A stretch of DNA of 64,000 bases from Candidatus Saccharimonadales bacterium. Its GTDB lineage: Bacteria; Patescibacteriota; Saccharimonadia; Saccharimonadales; JBBQAJ01. This document shows, one piece after another, positions 47,821 through 56,458 of this stretch (the stretch's first letter is position 1; the number at the start of each line of letters is the position of its first letter). Location: assembly GCA_038316195.1 (NCBI GenBank), contig JBBQAJ010000002.1:22773-86772 (forward strand), in the 5' to 3' direction. Below the pieces are notes generated by a model. It saw only the letters and a program-made list of their open reading frames with translations. It did not search any database and was not told the origin of the DNA. A program made the position numbers and the translations under genes.

Positions 47821-50106
47821 CTATTTTTTAGCGCGACGTACGAATCGTTTCTTTTTATTGGGGGCTTTAGCAATCATTTCTTTGGCCTCTGTCTCGGTAA
47901 TCTTGCTTGCATCTGTAGCTTTTGGTATGCGAGCGTTCTTTTTGCCATCTGTGACATAAGGACCGTATGGACCGTTTACTATGTTAAGACCACCCTTAAA
48001 CTGTGCAATGTATTTATTAGCTTCTTTTTCAAGTTTTTCTGCATACAGTTGCCTCGCTTCTTCTTCAGTAATCTTGAACGGGTCGTGAGGTTTTATAGAT
48101 ACAAATAGCTTATCAACTACTATATATGGACCAAAACGACCGATGTTTGATTTTATATCTTTACCATCTTCGGTTGATCCCACGAGCCGTGGTAGTTTGA
48201 ACATTTCCAATGCTTGATCAAATGTTACATCTTCAAGAGCTATACCATCTGGCATTGGCGCAAAATCAGGTTTTTCATCGCTTTCAGTTTCTCCTCTTTG
48301 TAGCATTGGTCCATAACGCCCATAACGAGCAATTATTGGCTTGCCGTTTTTTGGGTCATCTCCCAATTTGCGTGCCTGACTTGTTTCTTCCCTGCTCACA
48401 TTCGCTGAATCTTCGACCAATGGATGAAATTCTTTATAAAAATCTGTCAACATTTTTTCCCATGATTCTTTGCCGTCAGCAATATCATCAAATTCTTGTT
48501 CTACTTTGGCAGTGAAATCATAGTCTAGTACTTTTCCAAAATGTTTGACTAAAAAGTCAGTAGTTACGCTTGCAACAGATGTCGGAAGAAGTTTATTTTT
48601 GTCTGCCCCAACAGTAATTGTTGATTCGCTTGGTTTAATCTCAGAATTATCAAGTTCTAGAACTTTGATTTTACGTTCAATTCCTTCCAGGTCGGCTTTT
48701 TCTACATATTCACGGGATTGAATGGTACTAATGGTAGGCGCGTAAGTACTGGGCCTACCAATACCAAGTTCTTCCAGCTTTTTAACCAAACTTGCTTCAC
48801 TGTAGCGTGACGGTGGACGGTTGAATGTTTCCGTTGCTGTTATAGTTTTTCTTTCCAGAGTTTGGCCGTCCTTTAATGGAGGTAAAATAACGTCGTCCTT
48901 ACCACCTCCATAAACTTTGAAAAAACCATCAAATTTTAATATTTCTCCCTTGGCAATAAATTCCTCAGTTCGATTGCTCATGGCTATGCTTATTTCTGTT
49001 CGGTCTACTTCTGCAGGAGTCATTTGACTTGCAAGTGCTCTTCGCCAAATTAAGCCATAAAGTTTCTTTTGTTGTTCGTCTGTGCCAGAACTTAGTTTAG
49101 AAAAATTGGTAGGTCTTATAGCTTCGTGTGCTTCCTGAGCGTTTGTGTTTTTAGTTTTATATTGCCTGACCTGCCAATAATTCTCTCCATATTCTTTTTT
49201 TATAAATTCTTCAGCAAATTTTATAGCCTGACCGGACAATATAGTACTATCGGTTCGCATATAGGTGATGTCGCCATTTTCATATAGTCGTTGTGCTAGA
49301 GTCATAGTCTGACGAACGCCAAATCCCAATTTGCGAGATGCTTCTTGTTGAAGTGTACTTGTAGTAAATGGTGCTGAAGGATTCCGGCTGCCTGGTTTTT
49401 TATCAATGCTTGAAATTTTAAAACTAGCAAGCTTTGATTCATTTAAGAATTTTTCAGCAATTTGCATATTATCTAACCTGATACCTAGCTCGGCACCAAA
49501 ATCTTCGCCATCACCAGTAAATACGCCTGTTATTTTATAATTACTTGCAACTGAAAAGTCCTTAATTTCCCTCTCACGCTCTACAATCAATCGTACTGCT
49601 ACGGACTGAACACGTCCAGCCGATAACCCTGGTCGAACTTTTTTCCAAAGCACAGGGCTTAGTTCATAACCAACTAATCGATCCAATATTCTCCTAGCTT
49701 GTTGTGCGTCAACTAGTTTAGTGTCAACGGTTCGTGGATTTTTTACAGCTGACTCTATTGCTGATTTTGTAATTTCATGAAAAACAATTCGTTTAGTCTC
49801 AGATGGTTTTAGACCCAAGGCTTCACATAAATGCCAGGCAATTGCCTCTCCTTCTCGATCTTCATCACTTGCCAGCCATACTGTTGCACCTTTTGCAGCG
49901 TTTTTGAGCTCCCTGACAACTTTAGCTTTGTCGTCCGGTACTGCATATGTGGGTGCAAAATTATTCCCTATATCAATATTCAAGCCTTTTTTAGGCAAAT
50001 CACGTATATGCCCGTAGCTACTTTTTACTGAATAGTCTTTGCCTAGAAATTTCTCAATCGTCTTTGCTTTTGCTGGAGACTCAACTATTACTAAATTTTT
50101 CGCCAT
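47821..50106 (-). CDS. topA: DNA topoisomerase I
   Basis: Toprim N-terminus (LVIVESPAKAKTIEKFLG, SDEDREGE), the catalytic Tyr region (ITYMRTDS) and a basic C-terminus. Confidence 0.96.
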   Translation of the reverse strand: MAKNLVIVESPAKAKTIEKFLGKDYSVKSSYGHIRDLPKKGLNIDIGNNFAPTYAVPDDKAKVVRELKNAAKGATVWLASDEDREGEAIAWHLCEALGLKPSETKRIVFHEITKSAIESAVKNPRTVDTKLVDAQQARRILDRLVGYELSPVLWKKVRPGLSAGRVQSVAVRLIVEREREIKDFSVASNYKITGVFTGDGEDFGAELGIRLDNMQIAEKFLNESKLASFKISSIDKKPGSRNPSAPFTTSTLQQEASRKLGFGVRQTMTLAQRLYENGDITYMRTDSTILSGQAIKFAEEFIKKEYGENYWQVRQYKTKNTNAQEAHEAIRPTNFSKLSSGTDEQQKKLYGLIWRRALASQMTPAEVDRTEISIAMSNRTEEFIAKGEILKFDGFFKVYGGGKDDVILPPLKDGQTLERKTITATETFNRPPSRYSEASLVKKLEELGIGRPSTYAPTISTIQSREYVEKADLEGIERKIKVLELDNSEIKPSESTITVGADKNKLLPTSVASVTTDFLVKHFGKVLDYDFTAKVEQEFDDIADGKESWEKMLTDFYKEFHPLVEDSANVSREETSQARKLGDDPKNGKPIIARYGRYGPMLQRGETESDEKPDFAPMPDGIALEDVTFDQALEMFKLPRLVGSTEDGKDIKSNIGRFGPYIVVDKLFVSIKPHDPFKITEEEARQLYAEKLEKEANKYIAQFKGGLNIVNGPYGPYVTDGKKNARIPKATDASKITETEAKEMIAKAPNKKKRFVRRAKK

Positions 50107-50264
50107 ATCGCTTAAGTATACCTTATATCAAAGTTTGTCTTATATAACCAGAATATTTTCCAGTCGCATAAGCAGCTACACTAAACCAAAATCAACACAA
50201 AAGCAAATAGGATATTACAGCCAATTGAAAAGTTTTGAAGTTTTACTTAGAGGGAAAATGTGAT

Positions 50265-50435
50265 TTATAGGTTTGAGATTTTGTATCCACCGTAGATTCC
50301 AGCAAATGAGCCTATTGTACCTAAGAAAATTGTCCAAAAACCAAAACCATTACCGTGATCTAAGGCCGTTCCTAGTAATCCTCCGATAGTTGATCCTATA
50401 AAAATTCCTAAATATATCAAGTGTTTAGTTTCCAT
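50265..50435 (-). CDS. Small glycine-zipper membrane protein (56 aa); below the ORF-track cutoff
   Basis: Hand translation gives METKHLIYLGIFIGSTIGGLLGTALDHGNGFGFWTIFLGTIGSFAGIYGGYKISNL, which forms two TM-like G-rich helices. Confidence 0.45.
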   Translation of the reverse strand: METKHLIYLGIFIGSTIGGLLGTALDHGNGFGFWTIFLGTIGSFAGIYGGYKISNL

Positions 50436-50555
50436 GACTTTATTTTACATTAGTTTTCTCAACTTTTTTGACAGCAATCTTTTTAATGGTAGAGCGAGAA
50501 ACAATAATTATTTAATTAGCAGTATTGGTAAAAAAGTCCAACATATTATAAGGTA

Positions 50556-50584
50556 TTGACATAATGTAATGAATTTGCTAAAAT
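50556..50584 (+). promoter_or_regulatory. Near-consensus sigma-70 promoter driving the ncRNA candidate
   Basis: TTGACA (50556-50561), a 17-nt spacer ending in TGc, then TAAAAT (50579-50584). Confidence 0.6.
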
Positions 50585-50590
50585 AGCAAT

Positions 50591-50948
50591 CCTAAGTCCC
50601 GATATAAAGGAACTTACGTACCTTATACCCAATTCTAACTATCCCGAGAAATCGGGTTAAATTGTTAGATTGTTTTAGAGCTTAGATACAAAGTTGTTAC
50701 CCTCCACTTTTTATTCTTTGCCTACTCTTTTGGGGTGGGCGGCTCTAAAACAAACTAACCCCTTTAAACTCCCAATTCATAAGCGAGTCCGCAAGATTCC
50801 TGCAATTTGCAGGAAGCACGTGTCCGTAGGCACTCTCTTAGACATCGATGCTTCGCGGGTGGGTTTGAAGGGTTAAATTGGTCCATGACTCGTTCGTGGA
50901 CAAAAAGGTCTCTAGCGGTGCCCACCCCCTCTAGAGGCCTTTTTGTTT
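50591..50948 (+). ncRNA. Candidate structured non-coding RNA (~350 nt); class unassigned
   Basis: The interval is promoter-to-terminator with no credible ORF.
- Local hairpins: CCCGA-GAAA-TCGGG at 50643-50656, CCTGCA-ATT-TGCAGG at 50799-50813, GTGTC-CGTA-GGCAC at 50820-50833, and an 8-bp stem at 50881-50901.
- Long-range complementarity: GGGGTGGGC (50732-50740) with GCCCACCCC (50920-50928), and AACCCCTTTAAAC (50757-50769) with GTTTGAAGGGTT (50863-50874). Confidence 0.45.
50902..50948. terminator. Bidirectional rho-independent terminator (ncRNA candidate on the + strand, pth on the - strand)
   Basis: AGGTCTCTAG (50906-50915) pairs with CTAGAGGCCT (50931-50940). The hairpin is flanked by AAAAA upstream and TTTTTGTTT downstream. 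Confidence 0.75.
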
Positions 50949-51006
50949 AAAATTTGGTCTTCTATCAGTAATGATATGATTGACCAGGGTTTGCCGTAAT
51001 CTTAAA

Positions 51007-51645
51007 TCATACCAGAAAGGTACGTGTTTCACTGGGTAGAGTTCCGCCATGAATGAATTCGGTAATAATTGAAGTCGTTTCTTGTAGCAGATTTTTTATC
51101 TGACTTAGTTCTTTTTCGGTAAATTTGGCTAATACGAAATCTGCACTATCTATTGCAGGAGGCGTTTTGGGCCCTAGCCCAATACGAATTCTGCCAAAGC
51201 CTTCGCCAATATTTTGCACTAGCGATTTAATGCCGTTATGGCCAGCATCTGAGCCACCCAATCGTGTACGAATTTGTCCAAAAACTAAGTCTAATTCGTC
51301 ATGAACAACTACAATGTTTTGTGGTTCTATTTTATAAAAATGTGACATTGCCTGAACGGCATCGCCACTGTTGTTCATAAAGGTAGTTGGTTTGCATAAT
51401 ATTACTCTGGAATCGCCTATATTCCCTGATGCAACGATGCTTTTTAGGTCTTTTTTAACTGCCCAATCGTTAATATTTTGACTTTTTGCTAGAGCTTCTA
51501 TGCAATCAAACCCGATATTATGTCGAGTTCCAGTGTATTTTTTGCCAATGTTCCCTAGTCCGACAATCAGTATCGATTTATGTAATCCCAAACTATAAAT
51601 TGGCATACTGCTTCCTGCGTCAGGTTTTTTTTGAAATAGTGCCAT
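51007..51645 (-). CDS. pth: Peptidyl-tRNA hydrolase
   Basis: LIVGLGNIGKKYTGTRHNIGF and GHNGIKS. The internal Met (MPIYS...) is a possible alternative start. Confidence 0.93.
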   Translation of the reverse strand: MALFQKKPDAGSSMPIYSLGLHKSILIVGLGNIGKKYTGTRHNIGFDCIEALAKSQNINDWAVKKDLKSIVASGNIGDSRVILCKPTTFMNNSGDAVQAMSHFYKIEPQNIVVVHDELDLVFGQIRTRLGGSDAGHNGIKSLVQNIGEGFGRIRIGLGPKTPPAIDSADFVLAKFTEKELSQIKNLLQETTSIITEFIHGGTLPSETRTFLV

Positions 51646-51721
51646 GACGATAGTTTATCAGACTGGTTTGTGTCTCGATAGAAAATAGGATTATACTATC
51701 TAATAATTTGGGAAATTTATC

Positions 51722-52189
51722 ATGTCGATGAATGCAAGTAGAAATTTTGAAATCGTAACACCACTCGTGACTGAACTAAGCGTAGAGCAATTGCGTATGC
51801 CAAATCCTGGCGAAGTTATATTGGCTCACGGAGTTGTAATGGAGTTGGGTAGACGTGTGATACTGGGTAGACTGGAGCTTGCTTTGGAATCCTCAGCATT
51901 CGTAGGGTCTCATACGCCATGGCACTACGACTCCATTCATACTCAAGGACATTTTACAGATTTGGGAGAGCTTGGTGTAAAACTTGCCGGAATTAGGGGA
52001 GCGTTACCAGATCGTAATCAAGTACGAAATTTGATTGATGAGCTTGACGAGGCTGCAATAGATTTAAATGTTGCTAAGGGAGATTTGCTTGTGTTTGGCG
52101 GCAATAGATCAGAAGTACCTATACTTCATGATGTTCAAACGAAAATTGAACCTAGGAAGTCTTATTTTTCAGTAATACAAATAAAATAA
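51722..52189 (+). CDS. Hypothetical protein (155 aa), weakly cupin/2OG-oxygenase-like
   Basis: WHYD (an HxD element) and a distal GDLLVFGG...ILHDV. The protein is short for a full DSBH fold, so this is tentative. Confidence 0.3.
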   Translation: MSMNASRNFEIVTPLVTELSVEQLRMPNPGEVILAHGVVMELGRRVILGRLELALESSAFVGSHTPWHYDSIHTQGHFTDLGELGVKLAGIRGALPDRNQVRNLIDELDEAAIDLNVAKGDLLVFGGNRSEVPILHDVQTKIEPRKSYFSVIQIK

Positions 52190-52200
52190 AAGTATTTTTG

Positions 52201-52250
52201 AATCAGAATATATAAGTTGGTAAGTTATTATTCTGATTATTGAAGTTTTA
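52201..52250 (+). terminator. AT-rich hairpin; possible weak terminator
   Basis: AATCAGAATA (52201-52210) pairs with TATTCTGATT (52229-52238) around an 18-nt loop, followed by a T-rich tract. Confidence 0.3.
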
Positions 52251-52554
52251 GAATACCACTATTGCCCAAATTAAATTATCAACTTATTGCTCTGGTAAAA
52301 GAAAAATAGGAAATTAAACATTAAGTGTCACAAGAGAATATTTTATTATCGCAAAATTATTAAGTAGACTGCTATTAATTTGTCTTTCGATTTTATGGAT
52401 AAGTTAGGCGTGATTGTTCTTATCGCGATCAAACAATATATATATTTATTGAAAAAGAAAAGCGTAATACTATTTACTAGTTATTCGAACGCTGCTATTG
52501 CTTTAAGTTAAATATCAGCATATAGTGATTGCCATATTGATCGGATAACAAATA

Positions 52555-53118
52555 ATGGCCAAAAAAGTTAATAAAAAACCAAAAAAGTCATCGAGTAAAA
52601 TAAGAAAAGCCCTCCATTGGCTCAAGCCCACCTCACCTGCTAAAGGTTTATTACTTTTTGTGCTGTGTTTTACCGTCATTGGTGGGAGCTACCAGGCTTA
52701 CAGAAGTTTTGCTGCAACTGCAGAGGTCAGAGACTATGGAGTAAATGGAATATCTGGATGTAGTGGAGCATATCAAGATACGGATAAAACATCATCCTCA
52801 AAAGCTCCTGTTAAGGTTTGGGTAATTCCAAGTGGTTCATGCGCATTCGTGAATGTAAAAAACGTAACACAAACTGGACCTTGGCGTATGTGCGTGCTTG
52901 TAAGGGGTGTAAACAGTGGGAATCTTGCTGTTTCGCTAAATATGTCAAATGGCAGGTTGGGTGGTTCAGAACCCAAAACTATCACAGGCTCTAAGAATTA
53001 TAGTGGTGCATGTACGGAAGGTGGTTTATATACTTCAACAGGAACATTTAGGATGCAATTAGATAACAATGGCAATGAAGCTCTCTATCTACAGGATTTG
53101 ATTGCTAATACGTTCTAA
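52555..53118 (+). CDS. Exported/membrane-anchored protein with a conserved WLKPTSPAKG N-terminal cassette and a Cys-containing beta-rich domain
   Basis: Basic N-terminus, HWLKPTSPAKG, a TM helix (LLLFVLCFTVIGGSY) and then RSFAATA. The C-terminal domain is unrecognised. Confidence 0.7.
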   Translation: MAKKVNKKPKKSSSKIRKALHWLKPTSPAKGLLLFVLCFTVIGGSYQAYRSFAATAEVRDYGVNGISGCSGAYQDTDKTSSSKAPVKVWVIPSGSCAFVNVKNVTQTGPWRMCVLVRGVNSGNLAVSLNMSNGRLGGSEPKTITGSKNYSGACTEGGLYTSTGTFRMQLDNNGNEALYLQDLIANTF

Positions 53119-53140
53119 TAAATAAAGCTAAGGATATAAT

Positions 53141-53647
53141 TTGACTAAAAAGTCATCGCATAAATCACCCAACTTATTCATTAAATCAAAGCGTGCTATA
53201 AGATGGCTAAAGCCCACCTCACCTGCTAAAGGCATGTTATTGTTTATTGTGTCTTTTGTAGTAGTTGGTGGAATATTCTTTGCATTCAAGAGCTTTGCAA
53301 TATATAACGGTCCTCTTGTGCATAGTGGTAGAAAAGACCCTAACTATTGTCCTCTAGATTATGACGCTAAACCTACGCTTCGTCGTGGCAATTCACAAGG
53401 TTGTGTATATGCACTTCAGGGTGATTTGGCTAATTTCTGGAATAATGGTGGCTTGCAAATTGATGGTCAATTTGGTCCAACAACCCAGAATTATGTAAAA
53501 TTATTCCAAGCTTATCAAGGAATACCTGCCGATGGCGTTGTAGGACCACAAACATGGAATTACCTAGGATGTGCATTATCGGCTAAATTTCCATATGATT
53601 CATTCACTGGCATCTACTGCAACAACATAAATGTAAAGTTAAAATAA
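53141..53647 (+). CDS. Exported protein with the same N-terminal cassette plus a peptidoglycan-binding (PG_binding_1-like) domain
   Basis: TTG start with an AAGGA SD. RWLKPTSPAKG followed by a TM helix, then C-terminal GCVYALQGDL...IDGQFGPTTQNYVKLFQAYQGIPADGVVGPQTWNYL. Confidence 0.75.
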   Translation: MTKKSSHKSPNLFIKSKRAIRWLKPTSPAKGMLLFIVSFVVVGGIFFAFKSFAIYNGPLVHSGRKDPNYCPLDYDAKPTLRRGNSQGCVYALQGDLANFWNNGGLQIDGQFGPTTQNYVKLFQAYQGIPADGVVGPQTWNYLGCALSAKFPYDSFTGIYCNNINVKLK

Positions 53648-53724
53648 TTACGGATAAAAATAGCAAAAAATCAATAATTAAATAAACTTAATGCATAAGT
53701 TAGTAAAACTCTAAATTTTGCAAC

Positions 53725-55068
53725 CTAGTCTTTTTCTGGTTTGGTGCCATGTTTGTGGGTTTCGTGTTTTTCGAAAAACCAGAATTTTAAGGGAGTTCCT
53801 GCGAATCCAAACTTCTCACGGATAGTTCTGTCCATGTAGCGTTTGTAGCTCCAGTGTAGAAATTTGGTGCTAGCACCATATACTTTAAAATTTGTCGGGT
53901 TTTCATTTTCTTGAACAATGTAATTCAGTTTTGGGGTACGATTTTTAAGACCTGCTGGGGGATGTTTGTCGGTAATTTCCCTTAGCCAACGGTTAAGTTC
54001 TGTTGTTTTGACTAAAGTCTCACGTGCAGCAGATATTTCTAATATCAAATCAAATAGTTTGGTTACGTTTTGGCCTGTTATGCTGCTTGTCAAAATAAGT
54101 GGTGCCCAGGGTACGAAGTCATAATTATGTTTTATTTGTGGTGCAATACTATCACGTGTAAAAGCATCTTTTTCTACAGAATCCCATTTACTTACAACCA
54201 AGACTAAGCCCTTGCCTGATTCTTTTATCATGCCAGCGATTTTTTGGTCTAAAGTAACATGGAGCTCGTTTGCGTCCATTAGCATGAGACAAACATCGGA
54301 TTGTTCTATGGCGGATAGGCTTCTAATAACACTGAAGCGCTCTATGCCCTTTTCTATCTTGCCACTTCGCCTAATGCCAGCAGTGTCCATAAATTCAATT
54401 GTACGACCTTGATATCTCACGCTAGCCCGGTTGATATCACGAGTGGTACCAGCTCTGTCTGATACGATGGACTGTTGTTTTTTTGCTAGGCTGTTAAACA
54501 GGGCTGATTTTCCAACATTTGGCCTGCCAAGCAGTGACACATGTATTGTGTCCGTGTCATCTTTAAGCTTAGCGTGAGGTATTTGAATTACAAGCTCATC
54601 CAGCAGTTCTTCAATACCAACTCGCTGTGTACTGCTGGTTAGCATAATTTGTTTAACTCCAAGCCTCTCATAGTCTTTTGCAATTGCCTTTGGTTTTTTA
54701 TCAGCTTTATTGACTATTAGAAAAACCGGTTTTTTGGTTTTAAGTGCCATTTTGGCAACACGACGATCTTCTTCAGTAATAATCACGTCAGCTTCTATTA
54801 CGACCCAAATGACATCAGCACTGTCACTGGCCTGTTGTATCTGTTCTTGAATTGTAAATTCAAAGTCATCTGCAGCTTCTTTGATGCCAGCAGTATCTAC
54901 AATCCAGAAATTTTGGCCGAGGTAATCTGCTTTTGCCATAATGCTGTCACGGGTGGTCCCGGCTTCACGTGCGACAATTGCCTCTCTCCTTTCCAAAACT
55001 GCATTAAACAATGAAGATTTACCTACGTTGGCACGACCGACAATTGCGATAATGGGTAACTTCTTCAT
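53725..55068 (-). CDS. der: Ribosome-associated GTPase Der (EngA)
   Basis: Two G domains (GRANVGKSSLFN, GRPNVGKSALFN) and a KH-like C-terminus. ATG 55068 (MKKLPIIAIVG) is preferred over the tracked start at 55104. Confidence 0.93.
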   Translation of the reverse strand: MKKLPIIAIVGRANVGKSSLFNAVLERREAIVAREAGTTRDSIMAKADYLGQNFWIVDTAGIKEAADDFEFTIQEQIQQASDSADVIWVVIEADVIITEEDRRVAKMALKTKKPVFLIVNKADKKPKAIAKDYERLGVKQIMLTSSTQRVGIEELLDELVIQIPHAKLKDDTDTIHVSLLGRPNVGKSALFNSLAKKQQSIVSDRAGTTRDINRASVRYQGRTIEFMDTAGIRRSGKIEKGIERFSVIRSLSAIEQSDVCLMLMDANELHVTLDQKIAGMIKESGKGLVLVVSKWDSVEKDAFTRDSIAPQIKHNYDFVPWAPLILTSSITGQNVTKLFDLILEISAARETLVKTTELNRWLREITDKHPPAGLKNRTPKLNYIVQENENPTNFKVYGASTKFLHWSYKRYMDRTIREKFGFAGTPLKFWFFEKHETHKHGTKPEKD

Positions 55069-55097
55069 TATGGATAGTCTAACAGAGATGGGTGGCA

Positions 55098-55127
55098 TTG
55101 ACAAGAGTAGTTATATTGTGCTAGAAT
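55098..55127 (+). promoter_or_regulatory. Sigma-70-type promoter with an extended -10 for the aspartokinase gene
   Basis: TTGACA (55098-55103), an 18-nt spacer ending in TGc, then TAGAAT (55122-55127). The ATG lies 11 nt downstream. Confidence 0.55.
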
Positions 55128-55138
55128 ATATTTCTCTA

Positions 55139-56458
55139 ATGACTGAATCAATAGTTGCTAAATTTGGTGGTACATCCATGGCTCAACCTGAAGCTGTGGC
55201 TAGAGTTGTTGAAGCACATCCTGAACACAAAGCTATTATTGTCTCTGCTCCAGGTACAGACCCAAGCACGGGTCTTAAGATGACGGACAGCTTATTGACC
55301 TATGGTCTTTGGGACGAACAGCATTCAGCTCAAGCACTCGAACTCCGTGATGAAATTGTTGATCGATTCGACACACTATACAGCATGCTTGACAATCAAG
55401 TACGAAGTGAAATGCGTACAGTTTGCGCATCTATGCTTGAGTCAGGAAACACGAACCCTCATTTTTATACTGCTTTAGGTGAGCGAATTAGTGCCAGATA
55501 TTTTGCTTCATTGATAGGGGCACATAGTCTGCGCCCAGCTATTTATTTCAATAAGAATGGTGAGCTGAATCCGGGTAAAACTAAAGCACAGATACGAACT
55601 CAGATTTCAAAAACCCAAGGTGGTCGAGTCGTAATCCCCGGTTTTTACGGCTATAATCCAGACCACGAAGTAAGATTATTGGGGCGTGGTGGATCGGATC
55701 GCACCGGTGCACTTTATGCAGGAGCCCTAGGTTTAGATTATGAAAACTGGACAGATGTTAGTGGCATATATTCAGCCGATCCTAGAATTGTAGATTCGGC
55801 ACATATAATCCCAGAACTCACACGTGATGAAGTTCGCGAGGGTGCACATGGTGGAAGTGGCGTTCTTCAAGGTAATGCTATTCTTGATTTAAGTGGTAGT
55901 GGTGTTACGACCATAGTCAAAAATACTAACGATCCTGAGGCGCCAGGAACTCGAATAACGCATTCGTTAGATAAAGCTCGGGAACGAGCAGTTGTCGCTG
56001 TCTCTGGACGTGAAGACTTGGTTAAAATTGCTATTCATGACTTGGGCATGGCTGAGAAGCAGGGCTACGTCGCAGAGTTATTAACAAAACTTGCATTACA
56101 TGGTCTATCGTTTGAGCATATGCCAGCTGCCCAGGATTCATTCGGTATTACTTTACATGCTGAATCTGATAATTTGGGCGTACAGGAATTCGTTAACTTT
56201 GCTAGCAATCATCGATTAAGTCAACAGGCCAGTATCACAAATGAAGAATGTGGAGCAGTCTACGTTGTAGGTGAAGGATTGCGTGATCAAATGCAGCTTC
56301 AGCGCGTTACGGCACGCGTTTTAAGTATGGCAGCTGGGTTGGATATCTCGGTTTTGCCAGTTGTGGGGACTCGTAGTCCTAGTCTCGCGCTGTTGACCAA
56401 TCGCGAGCAAGTTGTACCACTCGTAAGAGCTATTCATAAATACGAAGTTGAGAGTTAG
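55139..56458 (+). CDS. lysC: Aspartate kinase (amino-acid kinase domain plus ACT-like C-terminus)
   Basis: VAKFGGTSM, GRGGSDRTGA and TDVSGIYSADPRIV. ATG 55139 is preferred because the tracked N-terminal 66 aa are antisense to der. Confidence 0.85.
   Translation: MTESIVAKFGGTSMAQPEAVARVVEAHPEHKAIIVSAPGTDPSTGLKMTDSLLTYGLWDEQHSAQALELRDEIVDRFDTLYSMLDNQVRSEMRTVCASMLESGNTNPHFYTALGERISARYFASLIGAHSLRPAIYFNKNGELNPGKTKAQIRTQISKTQGGRVVIPGFYGYNPDHEVRLLGRGGSDRTGALYAGALGLDYENWTDVSGIYSADPRIVDSAHIIPELTRDEVREGAHGGSGVLQGNAILDLSGSGVTTIVKNTNDPEAPGTRITHSLDKARERAVVAVSGREDLVKIAIHDLGMAEKQGYVAELLTKLALHGLSFEHMPAAQDSFGITLHAESDNLGVQEFVNFASNHRLSQQASITNEECGAVYVVGEGLRDQMQLQRVTARVLSMAAGLDISVLPVVGTRSPSLALLTNREQVVPLVRAIHKYEVES

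Noticed and set aside
50694-50876. A 60-aa TTG-start ORF (MLPSTFYSLPTLLGWAALKQ...) in the pth-upstream gap
   Set aside because: It has no SD and a non-ATG start. It lies entirely within a region that folds into multiple hairpins between a strong promoter and a terminator. A non-coding RNA explains the region better.
50591-50948. Assigning the ncRNA candidate to tmRNA, RNase P RNA or SRP RNA
   Set aside because: - tmRNA: no GGGG 5' end with a G-U acceptor pair, and no T-arm with CCA.
- RNase P RNA: no GAGGAAAGUCC or ACAGAA...GGCUUA P4 strands.
- SRP RNA: a GGAAGCA-like string (50810-50818) is on the wrong side of the nearby hairpins for SRP helix 8.

The class is left unassigned.
54941-55138. 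N-terminal 66 codons of the tracked 505-aa ORF that contains the aspartokinase
   Set aside because: This part is antisense to the 5' end of der and contains the aspartokinase gene's own TTGACA/TAGAAT promoter. The kinase homology starts at MTESIVAKFGGTS (ATG 55139).
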